From Candidatus Methanoxibalbensis ujae (GTDB taxonomy: Archaea > Halobacteriota > Syntropharchaeia > Alkanophagales > Methanospirareceae), in NCBI GenBank assembly GCA_026134085.1, contig JAOQIN010000002.1, positions 4,859 through 68,858 of the forward strand: a DNA stretch of 64,000 bases, written 5' to 3'. The position numbers and the translations under genes were made by a program. The notes under the pieces are model-generated. The model did not search any database, was not told where the DNA came from, and saw only the letters and a program-made list of their open reading frames with translations. This document shows, in pieces, positions 36,733 through 51,400 of the stretch (positions are counted from its first letter, which is position 1; each line of letters starts with the position of its first letter).

Positions 36733-37911
36733 ATGAAGTATTACTTTGGATGGGCCAAGGATGATGAGATTCGTGAAAGAGGAGCGAATGGAGGGTTTGT
36801 GACCGCCACACTAATGGGTGCGCTTGAAACTGGTCTGATAGATGCTGCGCTGGTTGTGAAGAAATATGGCATATATGAAGGTGTTCCCGTTCTGACCTCT
36901 GATACAGAGGTTGTGAAGGAATCAGCCGGTTCTCTGCATGCTGCGCCCTTGAATGTGGCGAAGATAATTGTGAAATATGCGAAGGACATGCGTTTGGGCG
37001 TTCCGGTGAAGCCGTGCGACGCACGCGGCATAATAGAACAGGCAAAGCGAAAGCAGTTGAACATTGAAAATGTGTTCATGATAGGCTTAAACTGCGGCGG
37101 CACATTGCATCCGCTTCTGATGCGAGAGATGGTCGCATCGCTGTTTGATGTGCAGCCTGATGTTGTTCTGAAGGAGGAGATAAGGGAGGGAAAAATCATA
37201 ATAATGACATCGGCAGAGGGCTTGGAAGAGCGTGCAATCAGGATAGATGAGGCTGAGGAGAGGGGATTTGGCAGGCGATATGCATGTAAGATCTGCACAA
37301 CAAAAATTCCGAGGATGGCGGACATGGCCTGTGGAAACTGGGGAGTTCCCAGGGAGGAGAGTCATCTGAAGACATTTGTTGAGGTGCTCACGGAAAAAGG
37401 AGAGGCTCTCCTGCGAAACGCGATTGATGGTGGCTATGTGATCGTTGAGGAGGCGCCTCAGGATGCACTTGATAAAAGAAACCGCACGGAATCATACATG
37501 CAGCGACGGGCATCATATTGGAAAGCGCGATTGGATGTCCTTGCAGATTCTGAAAGGAGAGAAAGATTTGAATATTACATAAAAATGCTGAAAAAATGCA
37601 TTCACTGCGGTGCCTGCAAGGAGGTCTGTCCCGTGTGCGCATGTGTTGAAGATGCAAAATGTCATGAGTTCTGCGATGAATCCGATGACCACATCGTATC
37701 CATATTCAACTTGATTCGCATACTTCATCTTATGGATTCGTGTATCCTCTGCGGTCAGTGTGAGGATGTGTGCCCTGTGGATATCCCCCTCACATACATC
37801 CACCGCAGATTCTCTGAGAGAATGCAGAAGAAACTCGGATACACGCCAGGAATGGACATCTCTCAAAAACCTCCACTTCACGAGACAAAACTGCTCTGGG
37901 AGGCTGAATAA
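36733..37911 (+). CDS. FrhB/FdhB-family F420-binding protein with C-terminal 2x[4Fe-4S] ferredoxin domain
   Basis: GANGGFVTA N-terminal block typical of FrhB/FdhB, with CIHCGACKEVCP and CILCGQCEDVCP clusters at the C-terminus. Confidence 0.7.
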   Translation: MKYYFGWAKDDEIRERGANGGFVTATLMGALETGLIDAALVVKKYGIYEGVPVLTSDTEVVKESAGSLHAAPLNVAKIIVKYAKDMRLGVPVKPCDARGIIEQAKRKQLNIENVFMIGLNCGGTLHPLLMREMVASLFDVQPDVVLKEEIREGKIIIMTSAEGLEERAIRIDEAEERGFGRRYACKICTTKIPRMADMACGNWGVPREESHLKTFVEVLTEKGEALLRNAIDGGYVIVEEAPQDALDKRNRTESYMQRRASYWKARLDVLADSERRERFEYYIKMLKKCIHCGACKEVCPVCACVEDAKCHEFCDESDDHIVSIFNLIRILHLMDSCILCGQCEDVCPVDIPLTYIHRRFSERMQKKLGYTPGMDISQKPPLHETKLLWEAE

Positions 37912-37954
37912 TGCTCCTGCTTGCCGAGCGTTGCGGATCGGAGGGTGAGGAGAG

Positions 37955-39298
37955 TTGCCCAGGCGCAAGCGGATAACTGAGCTGAGCGAAGCGGACAAAG
38001 AGGAGATGCGCGGAGAACTTGACATCGCTGCTGTTTTTCAGGTTGTTGAGAGTATAATGAAGGATGTCAGAGAGAGAGGTGATGCAGCGCTTATAGAATA
38101 CACGGAGCGCTTTGACGGTGTAAGTCTGAGCAAAGACGAGATAGAGGTTGGCGATGAGGAGATAAAAGCGGCAGAATCCGATATTGATGATGCGTTGAAA
38201 GACAGCATTTTGCTCGCAGCAGACGCGATCAGCGCATTTCACACGCGTCAAAAAAGCAAGTCGTGGTTTGAAGATTTCAGCTTTGCTGGGAGCCCGGGCG
38301 GCAGCCGCTCAGCTAATCGATCCTCCAGCAGCTTTGTAGCCCGCGGCAGCACAGGCAACATAATTCTCGGCGATGTCTTCGTGCCACTTGAGCGAGTTGG
38401 CGTTTATGTCCCCGCATCATACTTCAGCACCGCATTGATGTGTGTGATACCCGCCAAGGTCGCTGGTGTCCCCCATGTGATCATGTGCACTCCCCCCAGT
38501 CGTGGAGGAAGCATAGACTCCGCAACCCTTTTCGCAGCACACATCGCGGGTGCATCACGCATATTCCGCGTGGGAGGTGCGCAGGCAATCGCAGCACTTG
38601 CATTCGGCACCGAAACCATACCAAAAGTGCAGAAGATTGTTGGTCCCGGAAACATATATGTGACTGCTGCAAAAATCCTGCTGCGAAAATTAACCCGCAC
38701 TGAAATAGATTTCCCCGCAGGTCCTTCTGAGGTCATGATAATCGCGGATGACTCAGCACCTCCTGATCTGGTGGCAGCGGACATGATGGCTCAGGCGGAG
38801 CACGGAAAGCACTCAAAAGCACTCTTACTGACAGATTCAAATTATCTTGCTTCCGCCGTTGAACGGGAAATCATGACAGCCGTTGAGAGAGAGATCATGA
38901 ACAATTGCGAAGAGCAGTTCTGGATACTCACAGGAAGCATGGATGAGTGTGTTGAATTCGCAAACGAATATGCGCCTGAACATCTTGAGATAGTCGTGCG
39001 CTCGCCCTTTGATGTGCTTAAAAAAGTGAGAAACGCAGGATCTGTTTTCATAGGCGTTTTCTCGCCAGTTGCTGCAGGTGATTACGCGACAGGTGCAAAC
39101 CATGTCCTCCCGACCGCCGGATACGCAAGCGTCCTGTCAGGGCTTGATGTCTTCCATTTCATGCGCAGGATGACCGTTCAGATCATCAGCAGGGAAGGAC
39201 TGCGCATGCTGAAAGATGCAATAGTCAGAATGGCACGGGCTGAGGGCATGCCTCTCCACGCACACTCTGTTGAGGCGAGATTCACGCGATCAGAATGA
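37955..39298 (+). CDS. hisD: histidinol dehydrogenase
   Basis: RVGVYVP..., [23 protein letters not shown] and EHLE blocks. It carries a Ser-rich insert and a 7-aa tandem duplication. Confidence 0.9.
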   Translation: MPRRKRITELSEADKEEMRGELDIAAVFQVVESIMKDVRERGDAALIEYTERFDGVSLSKDEIEVGDEEIKAAESDIDDALKDSILLAADAISAFHTRQKSKSWFEDFSFAGSPGGSRSANRSSSSFVARGSTGNIILGDVFVPLERVGVYVPASYFSTALMCVIPAKVAGVPHVIMCTPPSRGGSIDSATLFAAHIAGASRIFRVGGAQAIAALAFGTETIPKVQKIVGPGNIYVTAAKILLRKLTRTEIDFPAGPSEVMIIADDSAPPDLVAADMMAQAEHGKHSKALLLTDSNYLASAVEREIMTAVEREIMNNCEEQFWILTGSMDECVEFANEYAPEHLEIVVRSPFDVLKKVRNAGSVFIGVFSPVAAGDYATGANHVLPTAGYASVLSGLDVFHFMRRMTVQIISREGLRMLKDAIVRMARAEGMPLHAHSVEARFTRSE

Positions 39299-39482
39299 GT
39301 GTGTTCTTAACCTATGAGAGGAGGCCCTCATGTTTTCGCTGCAGGATGACTGGATGAGGTTCGCTCTTCGCTCTTGCTCCTCGCTCTGAAGCAGTCAATA
39401 TCGGAGATATGCCACATGCCACATAATAGGCAGGGGATGCTTTCACTGACCCCTCAAACATTCATGCTGTTCGGATGGGAGA

Positions 39483-42400
39483 TCACTTCTTCCTGCTCTT
39501 CCTATAAGCTCTTCTCTCCCTGAGATAGCCCATAAGTATGAGCATAAGCATAATCGCAATAATAAGCAGCAATATCCAGTTTACTCCTCCTCCGCCTCCT
39601 CCTCCGCCTCCTCCCTTCTGCTCTCCGCTTTCTATGCTGAGAGGGAATCCCCTTATCAGTTTCTTCACACTCTCTCTCATCTCGCTCAGATTAATGGGGA
39701 TTCTCGCTCCTCCCTCTTTCTTTCCGGCAGCTCCAGCCCCCTCCCCCGGTCCGGAACCTGCACCAGACCCTTCTCCCATGCCCGCTCCTCTACCTCCTCC
39801 GAATCCTCCTCCCGAGCCTCCTCCACCTCCAGGACCTTCTCCGGGTTCAAACCCAAAAGGAGTGGGCGTCGGCTGCACAGGAAGCACTGTGATGTTCACA
39901 GATCTCATGTTGTTGCTCTCATCATATTCCTCTATAATATCCGCAGGGTCAGCAAATGCAAAAATCGTGTAATTACCCTCTCTATCAGGTGTCCACTCTT
40001 TTTCTATGGACCATATCTCATCTTTCCTCAGCAGCTGTCTGTGTTCATACCAGCTTTCACCATCACTTACATTTATCTTCAGTGTTACATTCTCTGAATC
40101 ACTTCCATTATTCACAACTTTTACGCTTATCTGCACTTCATCACCCACATACACCTGCGACGGTGCTTTAATGCTCACCCATATGTCGGGCATCATCGGA
40201 TAAACGGTCACATTCTCGGTGAGCATGTTGTTTGTCAGATCCGATTCGTATGCTTTTCTATCCGCATTTGCCTCCGCCTGCAGCATGCACTTCGTTTGTT
40301 GTGAGACTTCAGGAGGAATCCACAGGAATTCCACTGCTTTACGCTCTCCCGGCTCAAGCGGCGCATCCACTGTTTCTTCTCCTATTGTTCCTCCGCCGTA
40401 ACCTCCACCGCAGCTGTATGAGAGCGAAACACTGAAAGATTCATTCACAGGCGCTTCTCCTGTGTTCTTCACCCATACTTTAACGGGCGTTTCAATGCCT
40501 CCACATATTTTCTTCCCTTCCTCCTCAGCATCAATTTCATCAACAACAATATCCGGCTTCTTCAGTGAGCCAATTGCCCACACTTTACCCCCGCCTGTTG
40601 TGTAAATTACGCCTTCCACGATAGCCACTGTTGAGCCACCGTAATCAGTGCGCCATTTAAGCTCACCTGTCAATGCATCCAGACACCATAAGCCCGCATA
40701 ATCAAACACCATACCACTGACCGACTCCTCAACAACCGGCTCCCCAACAAACACTTTCTTATCTATTGATACGACGGGAGAGTTCGTCCAATGACCGATG
40801 CGATGCCACTTCCCTTCTTCATCCTTTATGTTGCCCTCTTTACCTTCCGATGGGAGGTCCCATTTTATCACTCCTCTTCCATAAGAACGGCTCTCTTCCA
40901 CATCAAAACATGTCACATAATTGTCCTCAAGATTATAGCCGGCACCTGCAATATAAACGAAAGAGCCTTCATCAAAAGACGCATATGCGGGTGTAGAATC
41001 CGTCGGTCTCCCATTATCTTGCCATTCTTTATTCCATATCAATGAACCTTTGTGAGCATCCACACAATATATGCCTGATGTGGATTCGTAGAAGCCGTAA
41101 GTTGTCAGGTAAACTTCGCCTCCCACAGTCGTGATTGACGAAAAGACCCCTGACGGAAATCCATGCTTCCATTTCACCTCGCCAGTCTCGGGATTCACAC
41201 AATACAGAGCTCCTCCTCCTGATGATCCCTTGTAATTGGCGGAGCCGAGATAGAGGTTGCCAAGTGCAGCTCCCGGTGTTGACATCGCAGCCCCCTCGCT
41301 CACCTTCAACGACCACGCATGTTCTCCCGATTTCCATGATGAAACTCCACCTGAATATTTCCAGCCAAGCACACTGTCAGGGTCCCCTACCGCCACAAAA
41401 TCAACATCTTCTTGAGATACATTTGCAACACTGCATGCATATTCACCCGTGAAATTGTATCTGTTCGTGCCGTCAACACGATAGCAGTAATAAGTGCCAT
41501 TACTGTATGTCCCGAAAAACACACTGTTGTAAGCGGCGAGAGCACCTCCGTTCACTCCTGATATATCCTCCTTTACGCTGCCAGCAAGGTAGTATTGCAC
41601 TTTTGATTCGCCAGAATCCGCATCTATCTCGTGCAGTGCAGCCGCGGGAACACTCCCTATCGGCTCTGCAGAAGCTCCTTCCGTCTTCATGAGGAAAACG
41701 GTGCCTCCCATCGGCACATATATTTTACCGCTGTAATATGCGGGTGTGAGCCATGAACTGTATTTCCACAGACCCCTCGGAGTGGATTTCCATATTGGTC
41801 TCCCCTCCTCTGCATCCAGGCATGTCACCCATCCGCTCGTGCCGTCTGTGCAGAACACATATATCCTGTTGTTCACGACAATAAGCGATGATGAGGGCAC
41901 CGCACCCACATCCGCACTGCACCACAGGAGCGTTGGAGCGTTAGGTGTTGTTGTCAATGCGAATCCTGCGTTCGTATGGAATCCAGACCACGATTTCTCA
42001 GCGCCTGAATTCAGTATCATGAATGTGTTGGACACTGCTTCTCCGTATGCATACTCCCCGTATGCTTCCACTTTTATCTTGTAGTCAAAACCATCAGCGA
42101 CATTCCGTGTGTCCCATGAATATTCGCCTCTGTTCTCAATTGCATGAGCAATCTCAAACCATCTCCTGCCCCTGTCAGGGCTATACCAGAGATTTATGTA
42201 AAGTGTTCTGTTGAAAGGAGCGCTCCACCTTATCTTCCTCACACCGCTCCACCGCTCTCCGCCCTTCGGCGCTATGATTTCTACAGGAACCCTCTCCACA
42301 ACATCCACTTTTACCGTCAGATTATTGTTTGTCTCGTTTGATTCATACATTGAATCGTTGCAATCAACGAAAAACGATATATTTAGCGTGCCTATTCGCC

Positions 42401-45400
42401 CGGGAATCCAGTTGAACTCAACAGTGGTGTTCCCGTAAAATGTGTCAACATGCTGCACAATCTCCTCGCTCTCGTTCTTGATACTTCCATTGATACTTCC
42501 ACTTCCATTAATTATCATAGAATTAATCATCATAGATACATTGAAATTGTCGCCCGCACCGCTTATGTTCAGTTTTATCCTGTTTGATTCGTTGAAGAAT
42601 ATGTGAGGTGGCAGCACTACATTCACAGGCTTGAGGTCCGGAAGCACAACATTTACAGACTCTGTTTCGTTGTTGTTCGTTTCATCTCTCTCTATCACCT
42701 CATCATCGGAATCAACAAACACTCTCACTTTGTATTCTCCCGTTCTGTTGGGTTTCCAGTGCAGCACGACATCAAAACGCTCATCAGCCCGCTCAGCTCG
42801 CAGATTCAGCTTGTCCACGAGATGCCATTCCTCATTGGTGCTGATGCCAGTGCCGTTTCCACCACTGATATTGCAGATGAGAAGCGAGACATTGAAGCAT
42901 CTCGCAACACCACCTATCTCAACATATATGGGGTTTGTGGCATTCGCATATATTGTGGGAACCCGCATCTCCCTGACATTGAGGTCCGGAGAGCTCACCC
43001 ACACCATCTTCGTGAGGTTGTTATTGTTCTCATTTGATTCCTGCACGGCGTCATTGCAGTCAACGAAGACGGTGAGATTGTGAACACCGACATGAGAAGG
43101 CGTCCAGTTAAGCGAGAATTCAACAATTTCTTCCCTGTTCTCGCTCCCTATCCCATTTATCTCCTTCATATCCTGCAGCTCTTTTTCATCGTACAGCGCA
43201 ACACTGAACCTTTCATCCGTTCTTCCTCTTATTTTCACGACAACCTCATTTGTGAGGTTCACGATGCTCGTCTCTGCATGCATCTCCAGAGGCATCAGGT
43301 CAGGATGTTTCACAAGAACGCTGATTGAGAATGCGTTGTTGCTCTCATCTCGCTCTTCCACCTCGTTAAAATAGTCAGCGAACACCGTTATGTTATGCGA
43401 ACCTGCGCTTTCAGGACGCCATTTGAACGACACCGTCTTCATGCCTTCCGCCCACACATCTCCTGTTTGCATCGTGCTCACAGCCTTTCCGTTGTCAATC
43501 AGCGTAACGGGGATTACGCCGCCGTTGTTCTTCACGAACGCTGATATTGTGCAGTTTGCCCCTTCTATCGCATATGCGGGCGCATCCACACGCTCAACGC
43601 TCAGATCCGGAAGCGGTCTCTCCCTCAGTATCTCTATTGCCACTGGATATGGCTCACCGTTCAACGCAGTTATCCGCATGTTGTATTCATCCACAGGCAG
43701 CTCCTCCCATCCGCTCAGAACTTCATATATGTATATTACACGACCAAACTCCTCCATTTCACCCGCACGGAACATGTAAATATGCTTGTTTTCCTCATCC
43801 TTCACTTTCCATGTGCTGCTCGCATTGATGACCTCCACGCTCACTTCAGAGCTGTTTTCCGTGAATTCCAGATGATAATCCTCAAATATACTGTGCAGCT
43901 CCGGCAATGTTTTGTTCAGTGTCCCATTATTCAGCTCTTCAACAAAAATTGAAGCATTCACAAAGAACAGATAACGCTCTATATTCTGCTTGCTGCTATT
44001 CAGATATTCAGCTGCATTGAGAGCGCTACTGTCATTGCCGTAGCCGGCAGCGATGAACGCCTGCAAAACTCTCGCAGTCGCAATCGCAGAAGGATCATCG
44101 CCGAATCTTGAGAAGATTCCATCTTCATTCTGCACCTCACGCAGATAACTCAAACCCTTCTCAATGCTCGCATCAACAGCCTCTCCCAGCGTTTCATTCA
44201 GTTCATTCAGGAATGAGCGGACTGCGCACAACGCCTGCACCGCTACCGCTGTATCGCTCGCCTTCCCTTCCATATACGCACCGACGAACTCCCAGTGTCC
44301 GTCCTCATGCTGCCTGCTTATGAGGTCTTTTGTGACATTCTCCACGAGCTCCCTTTTGAATGTTCTCGTGGATGCGAGCGCCATCAGCGTGTATGCATCG
44401 TTCCACGCAACATCGTATCCGCTCATGTTAGCTCCGTTGTAGAAGCGCTCCGTAGCACCGATGAAGTTTATGCCTGCGAAATCGTGAGGTCTTTCCCCTG
44501 AAGCCACCACAGACATCGTTCTCGCAGCCCATTCTCCAGCGCTTCGCAGCGATATCTGCGCTCCGTATTTGAGTGAATCTTTCACCCACTGCTCGCATCT
44601 GTCATCAAACCAGTCATAACTCTGAGGATCACTGCCACGAGCAAAAGCAGCCATCACCGCAATCGCAGGAGAAATTGCGTTCCTTCGTGGCCCCTTCACA
44701 TCAGGCGGATGCCACTGCTCCCTCAAGCTTCCGACAAATGAGGGTGCTTCATCCACTTCCACTTCCACTGCGAACTCGTTATTCGTCTCGTTTATGTCCT
44801 CAATATCAGATGTAATTATCGCTTTTATCTCGTATTCTCCAGCATCATCGGGCTTCCACTGGAATACCGAGCGCTTCTTCACATCAAATCCTTCAAATAT
44901 GCCTCCTATATGTAGTGTGGTGTTGCTTATTTTGTTCCATGCGCCATCCTTTCTTGCGAGCAGCGTTATGTTGAATTTGCTTTCATTGACCAAACCTATC
45001 CCGGCCTTTCGCCTTATAAGCACATATACCGAATTGTTCACTCCTCTGTATATTCTGTTGGGAACGACAAAACCCTCAATGCTCGCATCAAGTTCCGTGT
45101 TGAACGGTTCAATCGCAGGATAATGGTCAATCACAGGTTCCCCTTTCCACGGCTCAGGACTCGCATACCATTCATCGTATATGTCATCACTGTTGTTGTC
45201 AGTGCGGGGATAGCATCTCTCCCATGCATAGATGCCTTTTCCCCAGTCAACAATATGGAATCTGCCCCAGTAGTTGTGGTCCCATGAGTTGTCATATCCG
45301 CCATCTGAAGCTATTGGTGCAATCCTGTGGGCACCCATGTGGAACCCATAAGTATAATAGAGATTATTGTGGAATATTTTGTTGTGTTTTCCTTCAACAC

Positions 45401-48400
45401 GAATGCCCCCAAGCAACTTGCACAGTGTGTTATCCCTGATTATGTTCTCATGAGACCTTTCATCAATATAAATCGCAGGACTTAAAACTCTCGGTCCTAT
45501 TTCAAACATTTGTTTATCGGCCAGATATAGTATGGAATTTGAAATTATGCAATGTGATGAATTTATTATGTTTATATTGGGCTGGCCGTCACCATATATC
45601 CTGCAATTGTCTATCGTTATCCTCTCACTGTTGGTAATTGAAAGCAATTTGTCAACTTCATCACAGTTATAGCCGGGTGAAGTGAACCTGATTGTGAAAT
45701 TTTTTATTGTAATATCGCTTGAGTTTTTGATGTTTATACCCTTCAAAATATACCCTTCAATCTTATTAATATATACTTCTCCTACGAAAACATTCCATCC
45801 CTCACCTGTGATTGTGATGTTATGTTTGTTTTCAACAGTGAATCCTAAATAAGTGCCATCATGCACATATATAACGGTGCCGGGTGCGGCATCCTCTACC
45901 GCTTCCTCTATTGTTGAGAAATCACGGGGCACATCTATCACACGACCACGCACAACCTCCCGCACTTCACTCAAATTATTGTTTGTCTCATCAAGCTCAT
46001 CAACGAAATTTCCATCATCAACGGACACAAGTATCTCATACAATCCGTAATCTGCGGCGAGCCATTTGAGTGTCAGTGAGGCATTGCCGCCAGACGGCAC
46101 ATAAACAGTGCCGAAATCTTGAAGGCTGAAGTTTTCTCCCGCTTTTTCAGCGAATTGGCGAACATAAAGCGACACATTTGCATTGATTCCAACATATCCA
46201 CGATTCTCAATCGTCACATTGACGGGGATCTGCCTTCCAAGGTATAAAGTGCGAGGCATTTCCATGCGAGAAGGCACAAAATCCGGCTTCGGATATACAC
46301 CGAGCAAATTCAAATCCAGAGGAGACCAGCCGTATGTCTTTTGAGAGACAATAAGAGATGCATTCGCCTCCTCAGGTATCCATGTGCCATTCCGCTCGTC
46401 ATAAATCCACAACTTCGGTTCTGAAAAGCCCGCAACTTCCGTTATGATATTATCCTCGCACTTTGGCGCTTCAAGCCCGTGCTTCTCGCAGAACTTACAT
46501 GTTGCTTCAAATATCGTCGCATTCCTCACAACATACAAACTGTCATAGATGACTGCTCCTCCTCCAGTATACATAAGCATGTTTATTTTTGTCGCTTCTT
46601 TCACCTCCACACAGGTGGAATTGACATTATTGCTCTCATTTGTCTCCACAATATTATCTGAACTGTCAACTTTAACGCTCAGTGTGTAGTTGCCGGTTGC
46701 AGCAGGCGTCCAGTTGAATCTCAAAACCTTTCGCTCGCTTCTGTTTATCTCGCTCAGTGTTCCGTAATCTCTGTCTATGACGGAGCCATTTCTGAGCACT
46801 TCAAACATCACAGATACAGGAGCAAAATCATAACGCCACGAAATATCATAGTCGCCTATGTTCGCAATCGTCACATTTATGTCATTTGACACATTCACAA
46901 AAACATCGTTGAAGACATCACATGGCTCCACACGCTCAACTATGAGGTCTGCGGATGTGAAATAAAATTCAGCACAGCGCTCATTGTTCTCCTCATTCCT
47001 CTCTTTTATCGCGTCTGATGCATCCGCATGCACGCACACATGGAATTTCCCCGGATCATCGGACTTAAATTCAAATGAAATGTCTCTGCTCTCTCCGTAT
47101 TTCAGCCCGTTTATTGTTCTGTTGGTTATGTTAACAACGAACTCTTTGCCGAGGGCTGTTTCATTCTTCACAATGAACGAGACATTGAATGTGTCGTTGA
47201 AGCTCTTTCCCTGATTTGAAATCGTGACATTCACGGGGCATTTCTCCTTTACAAGAGTTTTCTTTCTCACTTTGAGCATTTCGAGAACAATATCTGGCAT
47301 ATCAAGCGGAAGAGTGATGTTGAAATTGAGATAACCCTGATTGACAGTGGAACGGTTCAGACATATTGACGATGTGTTTGTGCTACCTCCCTGGTCTGAT
47401 GCGGTCAGATCAAAACATAACACATCAAAACATAAGCTCGGAGGTGCAGGCATGAAAATCCAGTAAGACGAGTTCTCGCTCATGCTCCTGTAATAATTCG
47501 CACTCACGCTCACATTTGCGACTTCGCAAGCACTGCCATCCTCATAAGTTATGTTTCCGGAAAGCAGGAAAGGTGTCTCAGGCGGACTGAGCGGTGCTTC
47601 ACTCACATTTATTGAGAAGGAATATGTGTTATTGCTCTCATTCGCCTCCGGTATCTCATCATTCGCATCCACAAACACGGAAATATTATATGTGCCCGTA
47701 TATTCCGGGACGAATTTGAATTCCACCTTCCCCACTTCATCGGGAGAAATCTCCACCCGTTTCGTTATTGATGTGGAATTGTCAGCGGCGTCAGTGGCGT
47801 TGGTGGCGTTGGCAGCAGTGGCGATGAAAGTCACATTCAGCGGCACTTTGATGTCGCCACGATTCATGACAAATACCCACACTGGAACCGTGAAATTACG
47901 ATAAGGTATGCCATTTACATTCACTCTCTTCACGTATAAATCACTCCTGCCTATCACCTCCACACTCGTGTTATAAGTGTTGTTGCTCTCGTCTCTCTCA
48001 GCAATCTCATCAGAGGAGTCCAATATGAATGTGAGGTTATACTTTCCTTTGCTGCGGGGCGTCCAGTTGAGCTGCAATTTGCCTATATAATACGAAAAAA
48101 TTGCGATATCATTAGGTGGTCTATCTCCTGTGTAATATCTTTCCTTTATCTCTTCCATTTTTACACCGACACGCCTGGTTACAATATCCTCTGCATCTCC
48201 TTTGCGCGCTATAAGTGTTACATTGAAACTCTCGTTATCAAGTGGTGCAGGCAGAGGTTTGCTCCAGTCTATAACCCACTTTCCAAGGCTATCATGCCAT
48301 TTCAAAGCCGGCCCGTCATTTTTCACGGTTACCTCAATGGTGTTTGAGGCATTGACGAAGCAGTATTTAAGTTCGCTGCCGAGCATGCTCACATTTATGA

Positions 48401-51400
48401 TGAAAAGTTCAGGTGCGGTTATGCTGACATCAGCGATTGCTTTGTTATCGTTCTCATTCGCCTCCTCTATTTCATCTGCTGAGTCAACAACGGCAGTGAG
48501 CGTTGTGCCAGGAATATCATCACGAGAAGGCGTCCAGTTGAACTGAACTGTGAGATTAGACATGCTTTCAATGCCCGGAATGCGTTTTGTCATCGTGTAT
48601 CCGCTTTTTGAGGATGTGAGCGAGATGTTGAATGCGCTCGCATTTGAGCCAGGGTTTGTCACATCCAGAACAACTGGCACTGTGCGGTTCAGTCTCGCCT
48701 CTTCAGGTGCAGATACGAAATGAACTCTGAGATTTGGTCGCTCCATGCTGCCCACTACGATAGAATGGTGGGAGTTGAGAATCGCTATATCATCAAACAT
48801 AACCTCGCCTCTTATGTTGCCCTTACCATAAATGCTCAGACCTATGGATTCCACTTTTATCGCATCATCACCCACCACAACACCTCTTGATTCAAGGTCA
48901 TCTCGCAGATTTCTGTATATGTGATGCCATTTGCCGTCTGGAGGTGTGATGTTGAAATCATATTCTCCGCTTTCAACAGGAATATATCCATATCTGAGTG
49001 CATAAGGATGTCCTGAAACCTCAACACGAACCTCAAGATATGCATTCGTGATACTTGATGTGCTGTTCATCACTTTCATACGCGCTGATAAAATCGGAGC
49101 ATACGATGAAATGTCTGTCTCATGCGACATACAAACGGATTTAACCCTTGAACCTGACAGGTCGTAAGGACACGATCTGGTTATGTTCATGACCAATGAG
49201 CCGTTTCGCTCCCTGACGAACCCATCAGCCGAGCATAATCTCGGATTTGACCAGCCGTAAAAATGTATATGCTCTCCATATTCTATATAATTGCTCCAGT
49301 CCTCGTAGAATGATGCCACGGCAGATGCATTGCTCGGTGATAAGACATCAGCGCACGCAGGACACCCGTAAAAAATGCGGGGCGTGCATGGCACGGATAC
49401 ATTCGTGAATATTACACTCCCGTTTGGTGAGAACCACGCAACCCAGAAAGGCACTTCTTCCTCCCCTCTGAACACACGGATGTCTGAACCATCCTTCAAA
49501 GAGCGGTTGTAAACATCCGGCGACAGCTCTATCGGCACCGCAACATCGCTTAAATTGTCGCCTCTCACATTTATCTTGACGGTTGTGTTGTATCGCCACT
49601 CAAGGTCAGGATTCACACGAATGCGCTTACTGATGCGCTCACTCTCATTTTGAAGCTGGAAGAGGGAGACATTCAGCGAATAATTGCCTGCGTGTATCGG
49701 CGTCCATCTGAACGAGAATGTGCGAGACGACCTGTGAGGCACTTCTCCTCCCCGCACATCGTCAAATACAACAGAAGCATTTTCATCGCATATTGTCATG
49801 CGAACAGTCACATTTGCATCCGCCTCTCCCCTGTTTTCAACAAGCACACGCATATCAGAAGTCGCATTCGCATAAAAGGTGGCGTTCTCAACGCTGACAT
49901 TCAGCTCAGGCTCCCCTATGTTCGCACAAACAACCGAGTGATTCATGCCAAATATCGCAATATTGTCAAAATAGCCCGTTGATTTCTCCGAATATAGTGA
50001 TGATTTACACTCAACACGGAGAGCAATCCTCGTAATATTGAAGAATTCCGGGACTTCAATGCCCTTACTGCGCAAATCTTCTCGCAAATTGCGGTGTATA
50101 TGCCACACATGCCCCTCCGGCCTCGGGTAGAAAGCGAAATAGAGCGTGTCATCAGTGTCTTCAGGAAGTTGATTTGATAAACTATACCACAAATGATATA
50201 TTTTGCCTGAAATATTCACATCTATTATGTAAGATAATGATTCACCGAGCATGTATGATACTGATTCGTCGCGAGCATCAGCACAGAAGAATGCATTGCT
50301 CACATTCATGGAAAGTTCCCGATACAGTTCAGCATGCCCCACATTTGATGCCGACAATTTCAGCGAATAGTTGCCTTCTATCGGTTCATCCGTGCATCTG
50401 CTTCTGTGGAGTCTCAGGTCCTCCCACCAGTCCAACGGCGGATTGCCCAACCACTTGTCAAGACCTGGAGACTCCCAGTCCTCAAAGAATGAAGCGATAA
50501 TTGTCTCATTGCGACGATTGACGGTGCAATTTCCGTAGCACAGATGCACGACACTTGAATTTGAATCCGTTCTGAACCATATTCTGCTTATTCCTGATGT
50601 GTTCCACTCCTCTATCCAGTATGGCAGGTCCTCTCCTTTATCGTTTTTTATCCGCAAATCAGAGCCATCCGGATTAACTTTCGCATAGTCAAAGATTGAA
50701 GGGTCAAGAGTGAGAAGCACAGTCTCATTTTTTATTGCAGGCTTCAAACTCACATTTTTCATGAATGCGAAGCCCCAGTATTTCAGAGAATTCACACACA
50801 CATCCCAGCTCTTATTGTTGTTCGTTTCATTCAATTCATCCACAATGTTTCTTTCATCAGCCTTCACGATGAGCGTGTAATTCCCCTCCTCTGGGGGATT
50901 CCAGATGAATTCAACAATTTTTGAGCTTTTGTGAGGCACCGTTATCGTTTTATTTGCAATTTCTTGAGGCTCACTCACACCACTCACGTTATCATTATCA
51001 CGAACATAAAGTGCGACTGTGAAGTTGCGGGCGTCGGCAGTGCCTTCATCCGTGACATTCACAAGTATCTGATTGGGAAAATTTGCGTAACAGAAACGAT
51101 ATCTTGATGAGATATTTGAGATCGTGATGTCAGCGAGCCCGAAATCAACGAATGGTTCCCGTTCCGCACACTTCCTCAGCCGAACATTGTCCACGAGGAT
51201 GCTCACATTGTAGTTCCACCAGTTGTTCGCTGCGAAGAAGCCCAAATCTGTGTTCGTGCCCACGAACTCTGAAAGGTTTACTGAGACGAGATGCCAATCA
51301 GTCACATTCTCGGTCTCAGATACACACTCAAAATCACCTGCGGAGACATTGCCAACGATAGCGCCAGCCCTCAGCCTCTCGTTCCGTTCGCCTTCAGTTC

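Noticed and set aside
35895-37045. Long ORFs 35895-36764 (+) and 36530-37045 (-)
   Set aside because: They are antisense shadows of ftsZ and of the FrhB-family gene. They are Ser/Pro-rich, with no motifs.
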